Of a stretch of DNA of 64,000 bases, positions 28,955 to 37,281 are shown one piece after another; the stretch's first letter is position 1, and each line of letters opens with the position of its first letter. Under the pieces are notes generated by a model. It saw only the letters and a program-made list of their open reading frames with translations. It did not search any database and was not told the origin of the DNA. The stretch comes from a bacterium (GTDB lineage Bacteria; Patescibacteriota; Patescibacteriia; JAHIZJ01), in NCBI GenBank assembly GCA_030699685.1, contig JAUYLJ010000041.1, positions 6,241 through 70,240 on the forward strand, written 5' to 3'. Position numbers and translations under genes: made by a program.

Positions 28955-29662
28955 CTATTCTTTTCGCGCGATCACGACGAAGTTATCACTCCGGCCATGC
29001 GAATGCTCCACCCCACCGCTGATCCAGCTCCTGGCAACGGCAAAGCCTCCATCTTCAATCAAGGTTCGCAGTTCCCTTTCTTGAAAAGCGTGATAGTAGC
29101 GGTCGACGCCCAGCCGTTTCCAGGGAACAAGAATGTCATCATGATCCAACTTACTCATGCCCAGGCCCTGCCGCAGGTTCGCCCAAACAATTTTCCATCG
29201 CCTGCTGGTATGCAGATTCCAGACTGTGAGGAACAGACGGCCAGGGGACTTCAGCACCCGGTGCATTTCCCGAATGGCTTGCAGACGAAGTTCCCGCGAA
29301 GGAATCTGATGAATCACCGCGATGGAAAAAACACAATCAAAACTCCCATCCGGAAAAGGCATATGAAGCACTTCACCGACTTCAAAACGAAACCGGGGGA
29401 ACAGCTTTCTGGCGTTTTCAATCAGACGAGAACTGGCGTCAATTCCCAGGTACTCGACCTTTACTCCGTCGAGTATTTTCGTTATCCTGCCGTTACCGCA
29501 ACCGGCATCCAGGATACGGTCTTCCGGCCGTATCAGCGCCCGAAACTCATCGAATTCCGGCCAATACATCTCCCGCGAACGCGTATCGGAAAATTGATCC
29601 GCGATAATCTGATAATCATTGCGAACCTTGCGGAGAAGCAGTTGAGCATAATCACGATCCAT
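28955..29662 (-). CDS. class I SAM-dependent methyltransferase
   Basis: Motif I 'ILDAGCGNGRIT'. 235 aa. Confidence 0.8.
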   Translation of the reverse strand: MDRDYAQLLLRKVRNDYQIIADQFSDTRSREMYWPEFDEFRALIRPEDRILDAGCGNGRITKILDGVKVEYLGIDASSRLIENARKLFPRFRFEVGEVLHMPFPDGSFDCVFSIAVIHQIPSRELRLQAIREMHRVLKSPGRLFLTVWNLHTSRRWKIVWANLRQGLGMSKLDHDDILVPWKRLGVDRYYHAFQERELRTLIEDGGFAVARSWISGGVEHSHGRSDNFVVIARKE

Positions 29663-31244
29663 GAAAGACCTCTATCCTTTCGTCAGACAATTGATTCGGA
29701 CAAACGTGTCCACCATCGACCAGCTGATGCAAGCCAAGCGCAATTGGTCGAAGCGGCAAGGGTTTCCCTTGCCTCCAAATCATACCCTGTTGACCGGGTA
29801 TCGGCAATTGATTGATGACGGCAAAATTGAGAAGAACGCGAAACTGATGGAGCTGCTTCGCGTCAGGAAGGTCCGTACCCTGTCTGGCGTGGCCGTCATC
29901 ACCGTCCTGACGAAGCCCTATGGCTGTCCCGGACGCTGCGTGTATTGTCCGACCGAATACCGCATGCCAAAAAGCTACGTCGCTTCCGAACCAGCCGCCC
30001 AGCGAGCCTTGCGCAACAATTTTGACCCCTTCACCCAAGTACAATCTCGCATTGAAGCACTGACGCGCAATGGCCATCCGACTGATAAAATTGAACTGAT
30101 AGTCCTGGGCGGCACCTGGTCGGCCTATCCGCAAGACTATCAGGAATGGTTTATCCGGCGTTGTTATGACGGAGCCAATGGCCAAGAGTCTCGTTCGTTA
30201 GAGGAAGCACAGAAAATCAATGAAACCACAGACAACCGTGTTATTGGTTTGACGCTGGAGACACGACCCGACTGGATTACCCCTGATGAAATCGCTCTAC
30301 TGCGCCGTTATGGAGTTACCCGCATGCAGTTGGGAGTACAAAGCACGCATGACGATATCCTTCGCCTGATCAAACGTGGCCACACGATCCAGCAAGTGGC
30401 CGAAGCGACAAAACTCCTGAAAGACGCTGGTTTCAAAATCAATTATCATCTCATGCCCGGCCTGCCCGGCAGCAGCCGCCAACGGGATTTGGAATCAATC
30501 CAAACCGTGTTCAATGACGAACGCTTCAAGCCGGATTATTTCAAGCTCTATCCCACCGTGGTGATGAAAAACTCCGAACTCTATCATTGGTGGAAAAAAG
30601 GAACATACCAGCCATACACCGAGGATGACCTTCTGGAATTGATTCCTGAGATGAAAAAACTCGTCCCGTACTGGGTGAGAATCGAACGGCTGATCCGCGA
30701 CATCCCCGGCACCGAAATCACCGCCGGAAACAAAATGACCAACCTGCGCCAGGTGCTGAAAAAGCGCGGCGTTGTCTGCAAGTGTATCCGCTGCCGTGAA
30801 GCCAGAGATCAGTCAGTCACCGAAAATGACGTCACGTTATTCGTCGAAGAATATCAAGCTTCCGAAGGAGTTGAATATTTCATCTCCTATGAAAACGCCG
30901 AACGCAGCGCGCTCTATGCTTTTGTCCGCTTGCGATTGCCAAAGAATGTGTCGCCAAAAATCCTTAACCGCTTCCCCGCGCTCAAAAATGCCGCCCACGT
31001 CAGAGAGCTCCACACTTACGGCCAGTTGGTGCCAATCCTCGAATCATCCAATTCACCAGTCAACCCTTCATCTATCCATCCCCAGCACACTGGTTTTGGC
31101 AAAAGGCTGATGCGAGAAGCTGAGAAGATCGCGAAAAAACGCCAGTACCGAACGCTCGCCGTCATCTCCGGCATTGGCGTCCGGGAATATTACAAAAAAC
31201 TCGGCTACGAAGAGCGGGATACCTACATGGTGAAAGGATTGTGA
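29661..31244 (+). CDS. Elp3-family radical SAM / GNAT acetyltransferase (tRNA uridine-34 modification homologue)
   Basis: CxxxCxxC cluster 'CPGRCVYCP'. 'LTLETRPDW...RMQLGVQSTHDDILRLIKRGH' matches Elp3. A C-terminal GNAT fold is present. 527 aa. Confidence 0.8.
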   Translation: MKDLYPFVRQLIRTNVSTIDQLMQAKRNWSKRQGFPLPPNHTLLTGYRQLIDDGKIEKNAKLMELLRVRKVRTLSGVAVITVLTKPYGCPGRCVYCPTEYRMPKSYVASEPAAQRALRNNFDPFTQVQSRIEALTRNGHPTDKIELIVLGGTWSAYPQDYQEWFIRRCYDGANGQESRSLEEAQKINETTDNRVIGLTLETRPDWITPDEIALLRRYGVTRMQLGVQSTHDDILRLIKRGHTIQQVAEATKLLKDAGFKINYHLMPGLPGSSRQRDLESIQTVFNDERFKPDYFKLYPTVVMKNSELYHWWKKGTYQPYTEDDLLELIPEMKKLVPYWVRIERLIRDIPGTEITAGNKMTNLRQVLKKRGVVCKCIRCREARDQSVTENDVTLFVEEYQASEGVEYFISYENAERSALYAFVRLRLPKNVSPKILNRFPALKNAAHVRELHTYGQLVPILESSNSPVNPSSIHPQHTGFGKRLMREAEKIAKKRQYRTLAVISGIGVREYYKKLGYEERDTYMVKGL

Positions 31245-31344
31245 ACGATTACTTTTTCGTTTCACGCGGATTCTTTGCCAGTGGCTAAAGCAAATGCCTT
31301 GTGGTGTGTTTTTACCTTGGATGCCCTGTTGAATACGGACTCTA

Positions 31345-31377
31345 GGCAAAGAAAAAGGTGAGCAGCGTTGCTCACCT
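31345..31377 (-). terminator. rho-independent terminator (GGTGAGCA-GCGT-TGCTCACC then TTTTTCTTTG on the minus strand)
   Basis: Perfect 8-bp stem at 31357-31364 / 31369-31376. The minus-strand T tract lies at 31347-31356. Confidence 0.55.
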
Positions 31378-31447
31378 GGTCGAAGAGAATGATGGAATGT
31401 GCCGCTACGGCGGCCGGAGTGTCAAGGGCATAGAGCCTCCGCGTCGG

Positions 31448-31582
31448 TCACGCCGTGGTCGACTGCGTCTCGTCGCTCCGAGAACCGGTCTTCTTCTGCT
31501 CGGCCTTGATCGCCGCACCCTTACCTTGCGTCTTCGACACCTGGCAGGGCGGACGAGCGAACATCGCCGTCTGATGGAACAT
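31448..31582 (-). CDS. small hypothetical protein (44 aa) missed by the ORF track
   Basis: ATG at 31582 has GGGGAGG 4-5 nt upstream. TGA stop at 31450-31448. A promoter lies upstream and a terminator downstream. Sequence MFHQTAMFARPPCQVSKTQGKGAAIKAEQKKTGSRSDETQSTTA. Confidence 0.45.
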   Translation of the reverse strand: MFHQTAMFARPPCQVSKTQGKGAAIKAEQKKTGSRSDETQSTTA

Positions 31583-31665
31583 GGAACCTCCCCTTTTTGG
31601 GTTGTCCAATCACTTGCTGAGTCCTCAACCCAAACACATCATCAACCCAGACAAGTGACCCGATC

Positions 31666-31694
31666 ATTGTAGCGCAATTATTCCAGGTAAACAA
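31666..31694 (-). promoter_or_regulatory. putative promoter (TTGTTT-17-TACAAT) for the 44-aa ORF
   Basis: Minus strand -35 at 31694-31689 and -10 at 31671-31666, with a 17-nt spacer. The leader is about 75 nt. Confidence 0.4.
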
Positions 31695-31901
31695 GCAAGT
31701 TATCCACCGCGGAAAATTAATAAAAAAGGTGGCGCAAAGCACTGTTGTCCACTTGGTCGGAAGACGAAAAGCTGTTGCAGCCACCTGTGGCATCAACCAC
31801 GACTTTTTCTATTCCTATGCCCACTTGCGATTGATGCCACTGTTACTTTAGCTCTCTTGGAGAGTCGAGGTCAAGTCGCCCTCTGTAAAAGTCGATTCTT
31901 T

Positions 31902-32606
31902 TTATGGTTTTTGAATTAAATGCTTTGTGTACCCCAGCTGTACCAGTTGAAAAAATGCCTCTTTAACTTCAGCCGGAACATTCTGTGGAATTTGAAATCC
32001 TTTCGCGGGATACAACTGAATGCGCTGAACGTCACCAACCATAATATTAATGATTGTGTCAGCGTCCACTACTTCTTTGATGTACCGCTCAAAGGTGTGA
32101 GGCGGTGATGTCACCATGAGCTCGTAATCTTTTTCCGGCCAGAGTTTTTTAAACGTCGCGTAAGCCCGACGCTCCATCGTCGGCTTCTGAACCAAGATAA
32201 TTATCCGGGGAATCAACTCCTTGCCCTTAAGAAGCGCGTGACTCATCAGCACATTATCACCAGAATTGTTTGACTGATTCTCAATCAGTATCGCGTCCCC
32301 TGGAACCCCCCGCTGAATAGCCACTTCGGCAAATTTATCCGCTTCAGACATCCCCCAGTCCACTCGTTGAATATTGTTTTCATCTTGAATATCTCCGCTC
32401 TTTGCCTCATTACCGGCAAACAGCACTCGGGACGCGAACTTCTTTTGAAAGAGTTCGGCAACGTATTCGGGCACAGAAAGATCTAAAGAGGTAAAACAAA
32501 TAATAAGATCCGCCGGCCTTAAAGCGTGATGGACATGGTGATAATCCCACAATATCTTGGCCAGGCGCATCGTTGCCTGAGAAATATTCTGATTCTTGGG
32601 AGACAT
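31902..32606 (-). CDS. DUF218 / YdcF(ElyC)-like family protein
   Basis: 'ILIENQSNNSGDN' and the overall YdcF-like pattern. An alternative start lies at 32570. Confidence 0.55.
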   Translation of the reverse strand: MSPKNQNISQATMRLAKILWDYHHVHHALRPADLIICFTSLDLSVPEYVAELFQKKFASRVLFAGNEAKSGDIQDENNIQRVDWGMSEADKFAEVAIQRGVPGDAILIENQSNNSGDNVLMSHALLKGKELIPRIIILVQKPTMERRAYATFKKLWPEKDYELMVTSPPHTFERYIKEVVDADTIINIMVGDVQRIQLYPAKGFQIPQNVPAEVKEAFFQLVQLGYTKHLIQKP

Positions 32607-32614
32607 ATGCCGGT

Positions 32615-32965
32615 TTAAAAATCTACGGACTGACCAAGATGTTTCAAATTATCCCGCCGCACTTCCACCAGCGCCTGCTCCAAATCAATATCGTAATGAT
32701 CGGCAATTCGTACGATCATGAAAAAAAGGTCGGTCAGTTCATCCGCCAGCTCTGTCTTGGTTGTTTTGTATTCGTCTTGTTTCTCCCTGTTTGGCAGGTA
32801 ATATTTCTCCTGAACCATGACGTGCTTGGCCAAGTCGCCGACCTGCTTGGCCAGTTCGATCATTGAACCTTCAATTCCCCAGGGCTTCTGTTCCACCTTC
32901 TCAAAGGCTTTGATCACCTGGCGGTTCATCTCAACAATTTCCTGGAAGGAATGCTGTGTTTTCAT
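32615..32965 (-). CDS. MazG-like nucleotide pyrophosphohydrolase domain protein
   Basis: 116 aa. Helical EExxE/D motifs ('ELADELTDLFFMIVRIADHYDIDLEQAL'). Confidence 0.6.
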   Translation of the reverse strand: MKTQHSFQEIVEMNRQVIKAFEKVEQKPWGIEGSMIELAKQVGDLAKHVMVQEKYYLPNREKQDEYKTTKTELADELTDLFFMIVRIADHYDIDLEQALVEVRRDNLKHLGQSVDF

Positions 32966-33059
32966 TTGTCGAAGAAATAATGATTTTCAAGAGTTATTGT
33001 AACACAAAACCGCTCCTACCGGATAAAGATTAGAAGAGCGGTTCGCTTGTTTTCAAAAA

Positions 33060-33743
33060 CTATTTTGCCCGAAACCAGAGATACTTCTGATCGACTGTAA
33101 ACCCAAGCCGGATAAGCCGCTTATGCTGGAGATAGGCCAAAAGATTGTTGAAGGCCAGAAAACCCGTCACGATTCCCAGCGCCATCAGCGTCCGCTCTAT
33201 CATCACCACCGGGATCAGTCCCAGCCAGATCTCTTTGCTCAGGCCAAACACCCAGACCCAGAGCGCGCCGCCAACAGCGTGAGCGGTAAAAGTGGTGCCC
33301 AGAGCGCGAGCCATCAGTGATTTGTCGCGCAGGAAATGCATGATGATTGGTATCAGCCAAAACATCGAATACACCCAGGCTGAGCGGCCAATCGGGTGAA
33401 GGTTAAAAGCGACGATAGCCAACACGGAAACCCAGACTGAGGCGGTGTTCTTCTTCCAGAAGTACCAGGCGGCGAAGAGCATCGGGAAAAATCGGACGAT
33501 AACTCCCGCGTCCACCACTTCAGCGCCGTGAATAAAGAAATTGCCAAGCTGCATCAGCGCCACAGAAACGAGACCGGGAATCAGTCCGATGAAGCCGGTG
33601 GCCAGCGGGCCAAAGAGGTCAAAAATCGTAAACCGCACGTCAGATCCGATCAGCTTGGTCAACGGGAACTGCAAGGCGATGAGACCGAGAACCGTAAAAA
33701 TTCCAACGAATACGCCGTTTCTTTTGTTGAAAAATTTCTTCAT
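33060..33743 (-). CDS. polytopic membrane protein (possible ECF-type S component/transporter-like)
   Basis: About 6 TM helices. Start chosen at 'MKKFFNKRN'. Confidence 0.5.
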   Translation of the reverse strand: MKKFFNKRNGVFVGIFTVLGLIALQFPLTKLIGSDVRFTIFDLFGPLATGFIGLIPGLVSVALMQLGNFFIHGAEVVDAGVIVRFFPMLFAAWYFWKKNTASVWVSVLAIVAFNLHPIGRSAWVYSMFWLIPIIMHFLRDKSLMARALGTTFTAHAVGGALWVWVFGLSKEIWLGLIPVVMIERTLMALGIVTGFLAFNNLLAYLQHKRLIRLGFTVDQKYLWFRAK

Positions 33744-33822
33744 GCTCGATTCTACCACCAATTAACGAATTAACTAATCAACCAATTACCCAATCAACTA
33801 CCCCCACCTTACACGAAACGCC

Positions 33823-34548
33823 TTATGGTGTCCATCCCCCCGCCACTTCAATATTTGCACCGTTCACCTGCTCTGAGACCGGGTCGAGAAGAAATACCAA
33901 TGTCGCCCAGATGTCGTCAAAATCCGTCAGTCGAACCGGCACCTCCGGTTTGACCACGCTGGTTTTCAGGATACCCGGCGAAATAGCATTGACTCGAATT
34001 CCGCGCGGCCCATAGGTTTGCGCCTGAATTTTTGTCAGCATGATCACGCCAGTCTTGGCGATATAGTAAGGGGTTGTTTTAGGGCGTATGACTAAACGAT
34101 CCGCCCCGGCACAACCAAGGTTAATGATAGAGCCGCTTTTCCGGCGTTTCATGTTTTGGGCCGCTAACTGAGTCAAGAGAAATGAGCTGGATAGATTGGT
34201 TTCCATCACGTCTTGAAAATCGTCATAGGTGACCTTGTCAAAAGGCTTGAAAATAAAATTTCCGACGTTGTTGATCAGGATATCGATCCGGCCGTGCTTT
34301 TGAATAACTTTTTTCATCAGTCCGCGAATCTGTTTTTCATTTCTGAGATCCGCTTTCATAATGGAATTTTTCGGATTGACACGCTTCAGAGATAATTCCA
34401 GCGCCTTGGCCGTCTTTTCGCTGGTGTGATAATGCGCCACGACCACCGCGCCTTGGCGAGCCAGTCTCTGCGCCAGAAAACCGCCAAGCTTTCTAGCCGC
34501 GCCGGTAACTAGTACGATTTTTCCATTCAGTTGACGCATGGTGTTCAT
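33823..34548 (-). CDS. SDR-family oxidoreductase
   Basis: 'VTGAARKLGGFLAQRLARQGA' Rossmann motif. Later 'AQTYGPRGIRVNAISPG' region. Confidence 0.85.
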   Translation of the reverse strand: MNTMRQLNGKIVLVTGAARKLGGFLAQRLARQGAVVVAHYHTSEKTAKALELSLKRVNPKNSIMKADLRNEKQIRGLMKKVIQKHGRIDILINNVGNFIFKPFDKVTYDDFQDVMETNLSSSFLLTQLAAQNMKRRKSGSIINLGCAGADRLVIRPKTTPYYIAKTGVIMLTKIQAQTYGPRGIRVNAISPGILKTSVVKPEVPVRLTDFDDIWATLVFLLDPVSEQVNGANIEVAGGWTP

Positions 34549-34551
34549 TCG

Positions 34552-34965
34552 CTATGATTGTTGTACCGATACGGCCAGGCAATCATCGCAGACTTCGTTT
34601 TTCATATCTATCGCCGTATAAAATTCCTCGCAGCTGGTTTTTTGCAGCACTTGATGCTGTCGAAGCGAGAAATCATTGTCACAAGAACCGCATTGGCTCA
34701 AGTAACGATAGGCGAAACAGCTGGACGCGTTGGCCGCTTCTTCAGCTGTCACTTTTCTGGAATCGTAATAGCATTCTGATCGCCAACCGTCCACGCACTC
34801 GCTTACGCAGGTAACCTTGTTTTCCTTACGACACAATTCATTTACCCGCGCGGAGTATTGCGGTTCAGCCGTGCCGCCATTTTCAATCTTGTCCAAATAC
34901 ACGATCATCACGCCACCGAAAGCCAGGGCGACTATTCCCAAGAGTATCTGTTTGGTTGTTGTCAT
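34552..34965 (-). CDS. small Cys-rich membrane-anchored/secreted hypothetical protein
   Basis: N-terminal TM or signal 'ILLGIVALAFGGVMIV'. About 12 Cys. 137 aa. Confidence 0.45.
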   Translation of the reverse strand: MTTTKQILLGIVALAFGGVMIVYLDKIENGGTAEPQYSARVNELCRKENKVTCVSECVDGWRSECYYDSRKVTAEEAANASSCFAYRYLSQCGSCDNDFSLRQHQVLQKTSCEEFYTAIDMKNEVCDDCLAVSVQQS

Positions 34966-35076
34966 ACGAGCATTGTAGCATAAAACAAACGACGGGTCTT
35001 TGTCGCGAACACTCTCAAAAGCTTCCCGAATTTTATTCTATTGCCGAAGAAATCGCAATTCGTAATATGCTATACC

Positions 35077-35802
35077 TCAACTGGTGTAGTACTCGAACGC
35101 GGCTATACTTAGGAAGTTTTTCAACACCTGCTTGCCAAATTCGTGGAATTCTTTCTCCACTTTCTGGAAGTCGGACTTGAGCTCAGTCGCGCTAATTTGA
35201 CGAAGCTCCTCATCTTCCGCGACCAATTTATCAAACAACGCCGGGGTGACTTCGAAATGACCTTGGACGCCGAAAGCATTCCCCACGCGTACTACCTGGT
35301 TTTGGCAATTTTTTCCCGTGGCCAGCAAGGTCATGGCATCAGTCAACTCCACTGTTTCGTTATGGAGATGAAAAATTGGAAATCGCTCTCCCATCACTTG
35401 AGAGAACAGATCGTCATTTTTTCCCTCTTCGGTCAGCTCAATCTCATGTATCTCGCCCGAAGCGTCTCTCCAGCCGATTTCCTTCACCGGGCTCGGAACC
35501 ACTGTGCCACCGGCTGCTTTCACCAGCACCTGCAAACCAAGGCAGATGCCAAGATAAGGCAAGCCAAGCTTCAGCGCCTCAGCGACTCGCTTGGTTAATA
35601 GCCGCATATGCTCGGTATCGTCATTGGCGCTCTGCGTACCTCCTAGAACCACCAAGGCGGAGTATCCCTTCAACTCCGGTATAGCATCGCCAGCCTCCAG
35701 ATTGACGATCTGATACCCTTGTTCCTTTTCTTCCAGGATTTCTTTGAGGAGGCCGGGTTCTTCTCGAGTGACGTTTTGTACTATCAGGACTTTACTATCC
35801 AT
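35077..35802 (-). CDS. class I glutamine amidotransferase-like protein
   Basis: 'GICLGLQVL' nucleophile elbow. 241 aa. Confidence 0.7.
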   Translation of the reverse strand: MDSKVLIVQNVTREEPGLLKEILEEKEQGYQIVNLEAGDAIPELKGYSALVVLGGTQSANDDTEHMRLLTKRVAEALKLGLPYLGICLGLQVLVKAAGGTVVPSPVKEIGWRDASGEIHEIELTEEGKNDDLFSQVMGERFPIFHLHNETVELTDAMTLLATGKNCQNQVVRVGNAFGVQGHFEVTPALFDKLVAEDEELRQISATELKSDFQKVEKEFHEFGKQVLKNFLSIAAFEYYTS

Positions 35803-36255
35803 CGTTATCCATCGTTCGGAAATATGTTGTTCATCATTGTCATGATCAACGCTACCACAGCATACTGGATTCCGTCAATCCTCTAGGAGTTGCTCGTGAT
35901 CGACCGTCGAGGGACAGCTGTTTTAACAATGGAATCACAGACCATGACGGTTTCTGGCTAATCAAGTATAATGAACAAATGAACCCGACCAAACGCTGCC
36001 CGGTAGGTATTGCCCAAACAACCGATTTGACTAATCGCACACAGCGCCAAATCGATGCCCGCAACGATATAAAACCCAAAAGCACCACCTGGCGGAGTTT
36101 TTCAAGTAATGATCACTGCGCCATTATTGCTGGAAATAGCGTATTCGTGATCAGCGCGATCAAATACGCACTAACCTGACAGTTCTAAGATACTCAGTCG
36201 GTCTACCCCAAAAAAGTTACTTGAGAAAATTGGAAACACAATTCAGTAAAGAATC

Positions 36256-37281
36256 ATGATCACTGTTAAACACGAGGGAATAATTTTAGAGAAAACAAAT
36301 CTAGAATTTGAAAATAAAAGCGTCTTGAATCCTGCCTGCATCCAGGTGGGCGACATTACTCATATGTACTATCGGGCGGTAGACCAAAACAATATTTCTT
36401 CCATAGGCTATTGCCAGTTAAAAGACAATGTAGTCGTAAAGAGATTTACTAAACCAATCCTTGTTCCCGAAACTGCTGACGAAAAAAATGGCGTGGAAGA
36501 TCCCAGAATCACTTTCTTGGGGGGAACATATTACCTTTTCTACACCGCCTATGACGGTAAAAATGCTCTCATTGCCTACGCCACCAGTAAAGATCTTGTC
36601 CATTTTTCCAAAAAAGGCCTGGTTTCGCCAAAGATTTCATACGATGAAGCGGAAGATATTTTTCGTGAGTCGAAAGTCAAAGAGAATTACACTATGTTTG
36701 AGAAGCTTTATAAAGAAAGAGCGGGAAAAGACGTCTTATTGTTTGAGAAAGACGCCTCTCTTTTCCCCAAAAAATTCAATAATAAATTCGCGCTTCTTCA
36801 TCGTATTCTGCCCGGAATCCAGCTCGTGTTTTTTAATGATTTCTCCGCATTGACCAAAGACCGCTGGCGAGAATATTTCAAGAATTTATCTGATTTTATC
36901 GTGCTTGATCCGCTTTTTTCATTTGAAAACCGAAACATAGGCGGCGGCTGTCCCCCTATTGAAACAAAAGATGGGTGGCTGATTATTTATCACGCTGTAG
37001 AGAAAACCTCAAAAGGAAAAATATATCATGCCACTGCCGCTTTGCTTGATCTTAAAAACCCCTTAAAAGTTCTAGGTAGACTACAAAAACCGCTGTTTTC
37101 ACCAGAAGCCTCTTGGGAGAAAAGCGGCGTAATTAATAATGTTGTCTTCCCCACCGGTGCGGTAGTGCGGGACAAAAGACTTTTTATTTATTATGGAGCA
37201 GCGGATCAATTAATTGCCGCGAAATCCGTTGAACTGGCCGACCTGCTGGCTGAGCTTAAAAAAGATTTTCAAAAAACATGA
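36256..37281 (+). CDS. GH130 / DUF377-family glycoside hydrolase or phosphorylase
   Basis: 'NPACIQVGDITHMYYRAVD' and 'GVEDPRITFLGGTYYLFYTAYDG' hallmarks. 341 aa. Confidence 0.65.
   Translation: MITVKHEGIILEKTNLEFENKSVLNPACIQVGDITHMYYRAVDQNNISSIGYCQLKDNVVVKRFTKPILVPETADEKNGVEDPRITFLGGTYYLFYTAYDGKNALIAYATSKDLVHFSKKGLVSPKISYDEAEDIFRESKVKENYTMFEKLYKERAGKDVLLFEKDASLFPKKFNNKFALLHRILPGIQLVFFNDFSALTKDRWREYFKNLSDFIVLDPLFSFENRNIGGGCPPIETKDGWLIIYHAVEKTSKGKIYHATAALLDLKNPLKVLGRLQKPLFSPEASWEKSGVINNVVFPTGAVVRDKRLFIYYGAADQLIAAKSVELADLLAELKKDFQKT

Noticed and set aside
31521-31796. 91-aa minus-strand ORF in the Elp3 / DUF218 intergenic region
   Set aside because: It is in a different frame from the signal-supported 44-aa ORF and spans the predicted promoter and leader. 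No RBS.
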